In this document: positions 8,800 through 16,589 of the stretch, in pieces | How the letters are laid out: each line of letters begins with the position of its first letter | Numbering within the stretch: the stretch's first letter is position 1 | Source: Planctomycetota bacterium | GTDB taxonomy: Bacteria; Planctomycetota; UBA1135; UBA2386 | NCBI GenBank assembly: GCA_965228735.1 | Contig: OZ245838.1 | Location: 6,976,001-7,040,000 of the forward strand | DNA: 64,000 bases | Direction: 5' to 3' | Notes under the pieces: generated by a model | The model's database searches: none | Seen by the model: the letters and a program-made list of their open reading frames with translations, nothing else | Told to the model about the DNA's origin: nothing | Made by a program: the position numbers and the translations under genes

Positions 8800-10824
8800 T
8801 CACTGTTGCTTGCGGTCGTCGCGGCCGGGATCGGTCGCCGTGCCGGTCCCCGGGTTCGTCGTGGTCGGGCTCGCGGATCCGGGAGCGGCGGCCTGGCCGC
8901 CCGGCGTGAGCGCTTGCATGAGCCGATCGACGTCGCCGAGGAACTCGCCGAGGCCGTCGACGTCGACCGGCGTCGCGGGGGCGTCGGCCTGGCCTCCGGG
9001 GCGCAACACGCGCGCCATCTGGTGCTCGCGGGCGCTCTCGGCGAAGAGGCCCTGGCGGTCGAACATCTTCGCCGCCTCGAGGTGGACGTAGAGGTCGCCC
9101 TCGAACCGAACGCGGATCCCGCGCATCGCGGTGAGCGCCTCCTCGACGTCACCTTCGAGCTCGCGGATGCGGGCTCGCGACACGAGCACGCGCGGGTCGT
9201 CCGGGTTCTCGCCGGCAACCGAGAGCACCTCGCGGGCGCGGGCCAGCGCCTCTCTACGTTCCTGGCCGGCGGCGTGTTCCGCGAGGTCGATGAGGTGTTC
9301 GGCGACGAGCGCGCGCGTGCCGAGGTCGGGCGCGATCACGAGCAGCGCGGTGAGGTCGCGCTGCAGGCGGCGAACGGCGGCGCGGTCGCCGATCGCCTCG
9401 AGGGCTCGGATCCGCAGCCGCAGCAGTTCGGGGTCCGCGCCGCCCGCGAGCTCGGCGGCGGTGTCGAGGTCGTAGATCGCGGCGCGGAAGTCGCCGAGGC
9501 GTGACTGCGCCTTGGCCCGCAGCAAGAACGCGCGCGGATCGTCGGCGCGTTCCTCGACGACGGCCGACGCCGCGGCGATCGCCTGCAGCAGCAGGTCCTG
9601 GCGTTGCCGCGCCGACCGCTGGTTGCCGCCTTCGTCGCGCGCCGTCGACGCGAGCGCGAGGTAGCGCTCCGCCTCGGCGAGGCGTTGCCGGATCGCGTTC
9701 TCGTTGCGTTCGATCAGGAGCCACCCGCCGATGCCCGACAGCGCGAGGACGGCCGCCGTCAGCGCCGACAGCAGCGGTCGTTGCAGGACGAACCGCCAGG
9801 CCCGCGCGCCGGGGCCGGGCAACCTCGCCAGCACCGGCTCGCCGGCGAGGTGGCGTTCGAGGTCCTCGGCCAGTTCGAGCGCGGAGCCGTAGCGGCGCCG
9901 CGGGTCGCGGTCCATCGCCTTGTGCACGATCGCTGCGACGTTGTTCGGCAGGTCGCGGCGCAGCTGCCAGCTCGGTGTCGGAGCCTGCTCGAGCACGGCC
10001 TTGAGCACGCTCTGACCCGTGGGCCCGTCGTACGGCGGCTGCCCCGTCACGAGGGCGTAGAGCGTCGCGCCGAGCGAGTAGACATCGGCGAGCGTGCCGG
10101 CGTCAGCCGTGCCGCCGAGGACGATCTCGGGCGCCATGTACATCGGGGTGCCGACGATCGCGCCGCTCTCGGTCATCGAGCCGGTGCCGGTTTCGCGCGC
10201 GAGGCCGAAGTCCGTGATCGCGACGTCGGCCGCCTGCGGACCGGCGCCTGGCTCGTCGCCGCCGGCGCTGCGCAGCATGATGTTGCCGGGCTTGACGTCG
10301 CGATGCACGACGCCGTGATCGTGCGCGAAGTGCAGCGCCCGCGCGACCCGCGCCGCGATCGCACACGCGTGCTGCACCGGGAGGGGGCCGACGGCGAGCC
10401 GTTCCTCGAGCGTCACGCCGTCGACGAACTCCATCGCGAACCAGTGCAACCGCCCGCGCGTGCCCTGATCGTGGAAGCGGACGATGTCGGGGTGGCGGAC
10501 TCGCGCCATGAGGCGGCCCTCGCGATAGAAGCGGGCGAGGGCCCGCTCGGTCAGCGTCAGGCTCGGCGGCAGCACCTTGAGCGCGACGCGGTCACCCGTC
10601 GCTCGCACCCTGGCCTCGTAGACGATGCCCATCGAGCCCTTGCCGACCTCGCGCACGATCTCGAACTCGGGCAGGTCGCCCGTGAGCGTCTCCGGCGCGA
10701 ACGTGTAGAAGTCGCGCGTCGAGCCCCAATCCGGGCCGGAGCTGCCAGCGCCACCGGAGTTGCCCGCGCCGCCGGAGTTGCCTGCGCCACCCGGATTGCC
10801 GGCTGATTCCCCGTCCGCGGTCAC
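8800..10824 (-). CDS. Hanks-type Ser/Thr protein kinase with TM helix and C-terminal TPR region, about 674 aa
   Basis: GKGSMGIVY, VALKVL, HRDVKPGN, DFGLAR, GTPMYMAPE; TM LLSALTAAVLALSGIGGWLLI. GTG start overlaps the kdsA stop (GTGA). Confidence 0.92.
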   Translation of the reverse strand: MTADGESAGNPGGAGNSGGAGNSGGAGSSGPDWGSTRDFYTFAPETLTGDLPEFEIVREVGKGSMGIVYEARVRATGDRVALKVLPPSLTLTERALARFYREGRLMARVRHPDIVRFHDQGTRGRLHWFAMEFVDGVTLEERLAVGPLPVQHACAIAARVARALHFAHDHGVVHRDVKPGNIMLRSAGGDEPGAGPQAADVAITDFGLARETGTGSMTESGAIVGTPMYMAPEIVLGGTADAGTLADVYSLGATLYALVTGQPPYDGPTGQSVLKAVLEQAPTPSWQLRRDLPNNVAAIVHKAMDRDPRRRYGSALELAEDLERHLAGEPVLARLPGPGARAWRFVLQRPLLSALTAAVLALSGIGGWLLIERNENAIRQRLAEAERYLALASTARDEGGNQRSARQRQDLLLQAIAAASAVVEERADDPRAFLLRAKAQSRLGDFRAAIYDLDTAAELAGGADPELLRLRIRALEAIGDRAAVRRLQRDLTALLVIAPDLGTRALVAEHLIDLAEHAAGQERREALARAREVLSVAGENPDDPRVLVSRARIRELEGDVEEALTAMRGIRVRFEGDLYVHLEAAKMFDRQGLFAESAREHQMARVLRPGGQADAPATPVDVDGLGEFLGDVDRLMQALTPGGQAAAPGSASPTTTNPGTGTATDPGRDDRKQQ

Positions 10825-11666
10825 GTTGCGCCGGCCGCGCGTTCGATCGCCCGCAGCTGTTGCAGCAGCGGGGCGAGGTCCTCGAGGCGCAGCATGTTGG
10901 GACCGTCGCTCGGCGCGTTGTCGGGATCCTCGTGCACTTCCATGAACAGCCCGTCGACGCCGCAGGCCACCGCGGCGCGCGCGAGGTAGGGGACCTTGGT
11001 GCGGTCGCCGCCGGTCGAGGTGCCAGCACCGCCGGGGCGCTGCACCGAGTGCGTGGCGTCGAAGATCAGCGGTTGCCCGGCCGCGCGCATCGTCGGGAAG
11101 CCGGCGAAGTCGACGACGAGCGTGCGGTAGCCGAACGACGCGCCGCGTTCGGTGATCATCACGCGATCGTGGCCCGTGGCCGTGATCTTGCGGATGACGT
11201 TCGGCACGTCGTCCGGCGCGAGGAACTGCCCCTTCTTGACGTTCACCGTCTTGCCCGTCGCCGCGGCCGCGAGCAGCAGGTCGGTCTGCCGACAGAGGAA
11301 CGCGGGGATCTGCAGGCAGTCCACGACCTCGCCCACGGCCGCGCACTGGCCGGCCTCGTGCACGTCGGTGAGCACGGGCAGCGCGAGGTCGCGCTGGACC
11401 TCGGCGAGAATCGCGAGCCCCTCGTCGATCCCGCAGCCGCGGAACGCGCCGCCGGACGTGCGATTGGCCTTGTCGAAGCTCGACTTGAACACCAGCGGCA
11501 CCTCGGCGGCCGTGCTGATCCGCTGCAGGGCCTCGGCGTGCCGCAGCGTGTGATCGCGGCTCTCGATCACGCACGGGCCGGCGATGAGCGCGAACGGGTT
11601 GCCGTTGCCGAATTCGACGCTGCCGACCGGGACGTTTCGAGGTCGGTCAGGAGAGGGACCTGCCAT
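10821..11666 (-). CDS. kdsA: 3-deoxy-D-manno-octulosonate 8-phosphate synthase
   Basis: IAGPCVIES, KSSFDKANRTS, QIPAFLCRQTDL, NVKKGQF, FDATHSVQRPG, FMEVHEDPDNAPSDG. Confidence 0.97.
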   Translation of the reverse strand: MAGPSPDRPRNVPVGSVEFGNGNPFALIAGPCVIESRDHTLRHAEALQRISTAAEVPLVFKSSFDKANRTSGGAFRGCGIDEGLAILAEVQRDLALPVLTDVHEAGQCAAVGEVVDCLQIPAFLCRQTDLLLAAAATGKTVNVKKGQFLAPDDVPNVIRKITATGHDRVMITERGASFGYRTLVVDFAGFPTMRAAGQPLIFDATHSVQRPGGAGTSTGGDRTKVPYLARAAVACGVDGLFMEVHEDPDNAPSDGPNMLRLEDLAPLLQQLRAIERAAGAT

Positions 11667-11673
11667 GCCACCG

Positions 11674-11679
11674 ATCGTA
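11674..11679 (-). promoter_or_regulatory. -10-like hexamer TACGAT, 7 nt upstream of the kdsA ATG (candidate leaderless promoter)
   Basis: Minus strand reads TACGAT-CGGTGGC-ATG, with no clear SD sequence. Confidence 0.55.
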
Positions 11680-11838
11680 GCGCCGCGGGCACCGCGGTGG
11701 AGCGCTATTCGTGACACGGGGCGTGGTAACCTTGGTCTCACCCCGTGTTTAGGCCCAAAGCTCGAGGCGGGGTCGAGTAGCGCCACGTAGCACCACCGGA
11801 GAGCCTTCCGCTGCCGACCTCGCCAAACCCCGATCGAC

Positions 11839-13125
11839 ATGCAGACCCCCACCCTCGCGGCGCTGCCGCTCCTTGCCACCTCACTCTTCGCTCAGGGCCT
11901 CCACGAGGCGCCGGAGCCCAACGACACCGCGGCGACGGCCACGGTCCTCAACGTCGGTCAGCAGGCGTTCGGTGACATCACCGCGGGCGACGAGGACTGG
12001 TTCGCGATCACGCTCGCGAGCGACCAGGACTACAACATCTGGACGAGCCCCGGCTTCAGCGGCGCGATCGGCGACACGCGCGTTCGCATCGTCGAGTCGG
12101 ACGGGGTCACGGTCGTGGTCGACGTCGACGACGGCAACACGAGCACGCACGGCTACTACTCGACGCTGCGCGGCACGCTGACGGCGGGAAGCTACTTCAT
12201 CGCGGTCCGCGGCTACGACGCGACGACGGCGGGCAGCTACACGCTCGACGCCGTGTTCGCGCCGCTCGGCACCTACGTGCCGGCGCTGACGCCCGCGGCG
12301 GAAGGGGCCGAGAACAACGATCCGCGGCCGAGCTACGGCAGCGGCACGCCGACGCCCGTCGCGCTCGGTTCGCTCGTCTCCGGTGAGATCCTCACGGGCG
12401 GCGGCGGCGCGAGCTACACCGACCCGGCCGCCGACTACGACTTCTTCGAGCTGCAGCTCGCGGCCGACGCGACCCTGAGCCTCGAGACGGTGACCGGCGC
12501 CGCCGCGCCCGCGCTCAGCGACTCCGTCCTGTTCCTCGTCGACGACACGTTCGCCGTGATCCGTTCCGATGACGATAGCGGCGCCGGGCTGCTCTCGCGG
12601 CTCGACGAGTCGCTCGCGGCCGGCACCTACTACGTCGTGGTGAAGGGCTGGGGCACGGGCAACTACGACCTCGCGGTGAACGCCGCGCTGCCCGTCGGCA
12701 CGGTCTCGACCGGCACGACGGCGTGTTCCGGATCGGCGGGCGTGCCGAGCCTCGACGTCCGGCGCCTCGTCGGCGGTGAGATCCCCGAACGGCCGATCCT
12801 CGGTTCGACGTTCTACTGCGACGGCACCAACCTGCCGCCGAGCACGCTCGTCGTGCGCGTCGTCGGGCTGCTCAAGCTCTCGACGCCGGTGAGTCTCGCG
12901 GCGTTCGGCTCCCCGAACTGCTTCTTCGACGTCGACCAGATCAACCAGACGCTGTCGCTGACGGATGCGACCGGCGCGCACTTCTGGGGCATCGATACGC
13001 CAGCGAACCCGGCGTTCAACGGGCTGCCGGTCGAACAGCAGCTGATCGGCATCGAGGTGATCGGCGGCGCGTTCTCGATCGTGTCGACGAACACGCTCTC
13101 GACGGTCTACGGCCAGGCGCACTGA
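11839..13125 (+). CDS. Secreted protein with two PPC (pre-peptidase C-terminal)-like domains, copy 1
   Basis: Signal peptide; EAPEPNDTAATA, GDEDWF, LTAGSYFIAVRG, DDDSGAGLLSRL, AGTYYVVVKG. Confidence 0.8.
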   Translation: MQTPTLAALPLLATSLFAQGLHEAPEPNDTAATATVLNVGQQAFGDITAGDEDWFAITLASDQDYNIWTSPGFSGAIGDTRVRIVESDGVTVVVDVDDGNTSTHGYYSTLRGTLTAGSYFIAVRGYDATTAGSYTLDAVFAPLGTYVPALTPAAEGAENNDPRPSYGSGTPTPVALGSLVSGEILTGGGGASYTDPAADYDFFELQLAADATLSLETVTGAAAPALSDSVLFLVDDTFAVIRSDDDSGAGLLSRLDESLAAGTYYVVVKGWGTGNYDLAVNAALPVGTVSTGTTACSGSAGVPSLDVRRLVGGEIPERPILGSTFYCDGTNLPPSTLVVRVVGLLKLSTPVSLAAFGSPNCFFDVDQINQTLSLTDATGAHFWGIDTPANPAFNGLPVEQQLIGIEVIGGAFSIVSTNTLSTVYGQAH

Positions 13126-13269
13126 GCGCCGGCCGTTCGCCCTACGGTAACGGGGTTGTTCGTCCCCGGTTCGTCCCTGCCACGGTAGCGGTTCGGAAAA
13201 GCTGTAGTCCGCGGCTGCGGCGCGGGTAGATGCCCTTCGGAGAAGGGGGCACCTCCCCCGAATCGTGCC

Positions 13270-14571
13270 ATGCAGATCATCCGTTCCGCGGCGCTGCCGC
13301 TCGTCGGTTCTCTCGTTCTCAACGCGTCCGCGCTCGCGCAGGGCCTCCCCGAGGCCCCCGAGCCGAACGACACCGCTGCGACGGCGACGGTGCTCACGCC
13401 CGGCCAGCAGGCGTACGGCGACATCACGGCCGGCGACGAGGATTGGTTCGCCGTCACGCTGACCGCCGACCGGGACTACAACATCTGGACGAGCCCGGGC
13501 TTCAGCGGCGCGATCGGGGACACGCGGGTTCGCATCGTCGAATCGGACGGGGTGACGGTCGTGGTCGACGTCGACGACGGCAACACCGGCACGCACGGCT
13601 ACTACACGACGGTGCAGGGCACGCTCACTGCTGGCACCTACTTCATCGCGGTGCGCGGGTACGATGCGACGACGGTTGGCAGCTACACGCTCGATGCCGT
13701 GTTCGCGCCGCTCGGCACCTACGTGCCGGCGCTCGCGCCGGCGGTCGAAGGCGCGGAGAACAACGATCCGCGGCCGAGCTACGGCAGCGGCACGCCGACG
13801 CCGGCGGCGCTCGCGACGCTGATCGCGGGCGAGATCCTGACGGGCGGCGGTGGCGCGAGCTACACCGAGCCGACTGCGGACTACGACTTCTACGAGCTGC
13901 AGCTCGCAGCGGCGACGACGTTGGACCTCGAGACGGTCACGGGCGCGGCGTCGCCGGCCCTGTCCGACTCCGTGCTGTTCCTCGTCGACGACACGTTCGG
14001 TGTGATCACGGCCGACGACGACAGCGGTGCTGGATTGCTGTCGCGGATCGTCGCGCCCGTCGCTGCCGGGACCTACTACGTCGTCGTCAAGGGCTGGGGC
14101 CCGGGCAACTACGACCTCGCGATCACGGGCGCGCTCCCGGTCGGTTCCGTCGTCACGGGCACGACGGCGTGCAGCGGCTCGGCAGGCGTGCCGAACCTCG
14201 ACGTGCGGCGCCTGGCTGGCGGCGAGATCCCCGAACGGCCGATCCTCGGCTCGACGTTCTACTGCGACGGCACGAACCTGCCGCCGAGCACGCTCGTCGT
14301 GCGCGTGGTCGGGCTGCTCAAGCTGCCGACGCCGGTGAGCCTCGCGGCGTTCGGCTCCCCGAACTGCTTCTTCGAGGTCGACCAGATCAACCAGACGCTG
14401 TCGCTGACCGACGCGACCGGCACGCACTTCTGGGGCATCGACACGCCGGCCGATCCGGCGTTCAACGGGCTGCCCGTCGAGCAGCAGCTCATCGGCATCG
14501 AAGTGGTCGGTGGCGCGTTCTCGATCGTGTCGACGAACACGCTCTCGACGGTCTACGGCCAGGCGCACTGA
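13270..14571 (+). CDS. Secreted protein with two PPC-like domains, copy 2 (tandem paralog)
   Basis: Collinear with 11839..13125 over the whole mature protein; identical C-terminus IVSTNTLSTVYGQAH. Confidence 0.8.
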   Translation: MQIIRSAALPLVGSLVLNASALAQGLPEAPEPNDTAATATVLTPGQQAYGDITAGDEDWFAVTLTADRDYNIWTSPGFSGAIGDTRVRIVESDGVTVVVDVDDGNTGTHGYYTTVQGTLTAGTYFIAVRGYDATTVGSYTLDAVFAPLGTYVPALAPAVEGAENNDPRPSYGSGTPTPAALATLIAGEILTGGGGASYTEPTADYDFYELQLAAATTLDLETVTGAASPALSDSVLFLVDDTFGVITADDDSGAGLLSRIVAPVAAGTYYVVVKGWGPGNYDLAITGALPVGSVVTGTTACSGSAGVPNLDVRRLAGGEIPERPILGSTFYCDGTNLPPSTLVVRVVGLLKLPTPVSLAAFGSPNCFFEVDQINQTLSLTDATGTHFWGIDTPADPAFNGLPVEQQLIGIEVVGGAFSIVSTNTLSTVYGQAH

Positions 14572-14586
14572 GTCGCCGGCGAACGG

Positions 14587-14703
14587 TCACTCGTCGCGCC
14601 GCAGCTCGCCGAGCCGCAGCGCGAGGCGTGACAGGCCGCGGTGCACGAGGTGGCGCGCGGCACCCTCGCTGCGGTCCATGCGTCGGGCGATCTCGGCGTA
14701 GGG
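14587..14703 (-). pseudogene. 3' remnant of an ECF sigma factor (region 4.2 HTH only)
   Basis: Hand translation PYAEIARRMDRSEGAARHLVHRGLSRLALRLGELRRDE*. In-frame TAG upstream at 14758-14760, with no start codon before the motif. Confidence 0.7.
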
Positions 14704-14809
14704 GCTGTTGCTCGCCGCGCGGCGCGCGGGTTCGGAGTTCGACGCGACGACGGCGCACTACGCGCCGCTGCGGGACCTTCCCGGCTGGGACGAGCTCGCC
14801 GGTCAGTGA
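14702..14809 (+). pseudogene. Probable 3' remnant of a TPR/kinase-type gene
   Basis: GLLLAARRAGSEFDATTAHYAPLRDLPGWDELAGQ*, immediately preceded by an in-frame TAG (14699-14701). The ending resembles the D..L.PLR.DPRF..L tail of TPR-kinases. Confidence 0.4.
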
Positions 14810-14825
14810 GTTCCGGTCAGTGAGT
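14799..14825. repeat. 13-bp direct repeat CCGGTCAGTGAGT, two copies
   Basis: Copies at 14799-14811 and 14813-14825. Confidence 0.8.
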
Positions 14826-15740
14826 GGAGGGGGCCGGGCGCGGCCCGAACAACCGGGCCGGTCGCTCCCCCGAGGTGATCGTCATCGGCGTGTCGCCGCC
14901 GTGGTCGCCGTCGACCTGGAACGGCGCGTTGCCGGTGATCGCGATCGTGCGGGCCGTCGTGACTTCGAGATGGGGGCCCGCTCGCAATCGGCCGCAGAAC
15001 GCGCGCAGACCGTGCCAGAGCCAGCTCGTGCGCGAGCGCATGCGGAACGCCAGCACGTGCAGCTGGCCGTCGTCGCCGCGGATGCCCGGCGTGAGCCGCA
15101 CGACGCCGCCGAAGTGGCGCGTGCGCGTCACGAGCACGGAGCTCAGTCCGGACAGCACGCGGTTGCCGTCGAGCGTGACGCCGAGGTCGAAGCGCGGCCA
15201 CCGGCGCACCGTGTGCAGGATCGGGCCGAGCCACTTGTGCTTGCCGAGCGTTCCCGTACGCACCTCGCTCAAACGCCGCACGACCGCGCCATCGACGCCC
15301 GCGCCGACGAACAGCAGGAAGCGGCGTCCGGTGTCGGTGACGCCGAAGGTGTGGTCGGTCAACCGACCCGCGGCGAGCACGTCCGCAGCGCGCGCCGGGT
15401 CGCGGGGCAGCCCGTACTCGAGTGCGAGGACGTTCGCCGTGCCGACCGGCAGGAAACCGAGCGGCCGCGTCGGGTCGGGCATGCCGTTGAACACCTCGTT
15501 GATCGTGCCGTCGCCGCCCGCGGCGACGAGGCCGTCCCAGTCCTCGTCCGCCGCCTGCGTCGCCCGTTCGGCCGCGTGGCCCGCGCGCTCGGTGAAGAAC
15601 CCCTCCGCGTGGATCCCGCGCCGCCGCAGGTGATCGCATAGCGCCGGCACGGCGGCGCGCGCGCGGCCGCCCCCCGAGATCGGGTTGGCGATGACCAGCA
15701 GTCGGTGCGGAATCGACGGCGGGTTTGCGGACGCGGGCAC
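14817..15740 (-). CDS. Diacylglycerol kinase (YegS/BmrU-like) family lipid kinase, about 307 aa
   Basis: IANPISGGG, AAGGDGTINEVFNG, LPVGTANVLA, FQVDGD. Confidence 0.92.
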   Translation of the reverse strand: MPASANPPSIPHRLLVIANPISGGGRARAAVPALCDHLRRRGIHAEGFFTERAGHAAERATQAADEDWDGLVAAGGDGTINEVFNGMPDPTRPLGFLPVGTANVLALEYGLPRDPARAADVLAAGRLTDHTFGVTDTGRRFLLFVGAGVDGAVVRRLSEVRTGTLGKHKWLGPILHTVRRWPRFDLGVTLDGNRVLSGLSSVLVTRTRHFGGVVRLTPGIRGDDGQLHVLAFRMRSRTSWLWHGLRAFCGRLRAGPHLEVTTARTIAITGNAPFQVDGDHGGDTPMTITSGERPARLFGPRPAPSTH

Positions 15741-15761
15741 GGCGCGCCACAGTAGCGCGCG

Positions 15762-16574
15762 ATGCCGCCGCCGCGCATTCTCGTCACCGGCTCGACCGGG
15801 TTCCTCGGCCCGTTCGCGGTGCGGGCGCTGCAGGAGCGTGGCTACGAGGTCGTGACGGCGGCGCGTTCGGGTGGCGATGCGGCCGTCGATCTCGCGCAGC
15901 GCGGCAGCGTCGCGGCAGTCGCGGAGGCGCTCGCTCCCGAGTTCGTGCTCAACCTCGCGGCGATGGCGCGCATGACCGAGTGCGAGCAGGACGCCGAACG
16001 GGCGCACGCCGTCAACGTCGAACTCCCGGCGCAGCTGGCGGAGCGCTTCGGCGACCGCCTGCTGCACTGTTCGACCGACATGGTGTTCGACGGCCGCGGC
16101 GCACCTTACGGCGAGGTCGACGGCACCGCGCCGCTGTCGGCCTACGGCATGAGCAAGGCCGCCGGCGAAGAACAGGTGCGCGCCCGCGGCGGCCGCATCG
16201 CGCGCCTGCCCCTGCTCTTCGGCCGCGACGAGAACGGCCGTGGCGCGTCCGAGATGGTGCGTTGCGCGCTCGGATTCGGCCGGGCGCTCACGCTCTACAC
16301 GAACGAGTACCGCACGCCGCTGCACGCCAAGGACGCTGCCCGCGGCCTCGCCGAACTCGTGACCCTGCGCGCCGCGCCGCAGGTGCTGCATCTGCCCGGC
16401 CCCGAACGCTGCTCCCGCTGGGACCTCGGCCGTCGCCTCTGCGCGACCCACGGCCTCGACGCCACCCCGATCCAACCGGCCGAGTGCCAGGACAGCGCGC
16501 GCCCCCGCGACGTCTCATTGACGGGCGAGTGGCGCGCCGAACGCACGCTCGACGAAATGCTCACCGACGCGTGA
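15762..16574 (+). CDS. RmlD-like (dTDP-4-dehydrorhamnose reductase family) SDR
   Basis: ILVTGSTGFLG, STDMVFDG, YGMSK (YxxxK), NEYRTP. Confidence 0.88.
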   Translation: MPPPRILVTGSTGFLGPFAVRALQERGYEVVTAARSGGDAAVDLAQRGSVAAVAEALAPEFVLNLAAMARMTECEQDAERAHAVNVELPAQLAERFGDRLLHCSTDMVFDGRGAPYGEVDGTAPLSAYGMSKAAGEEQVRARGGRIARLPLLFGRDENGRGASEMVRCALGFGRALTLYTNEYRTPLHAKDAARGLAELVTLRAAPQVLHLPGPERCSRWDLGRRLCATHGLDATPIQPAECQDSARPRDVSLTGEWRAERTLDEMLTDA

Positions 16575-16589
16575 CGGAGGCGCGGCCGT

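Noticed and set aside
10742..10800. 18-bp repeats encoding GGAGNS in the kinase N-terminus
   Set aside because: An in-frame low-complexity linker expansion with no sign of being an array or a switch.
8800..11574. 924-aa version of the kinase, and similar N-terminal extensions of the ORFs at 2437, 26828, 48920, 53917 and 62004
   Set aside because: The extensions overlap real upstream genes in another frame. Internal starts with stop/start overlaps, signal peptides or family-typical N-termini fit better.
11726..13175. GTAAC upstream of both tandem paralogs (and at about 27054) as an ECF -35 element
   Set aside because: Spacing to any candidate -10 is inconsistent and the motif is too short to support.
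15762..16574. Assigning rmlD as part of a rhamnose pathway
   Set aside because: No rmlA/B/C nearby, so only the family-level call is supported.
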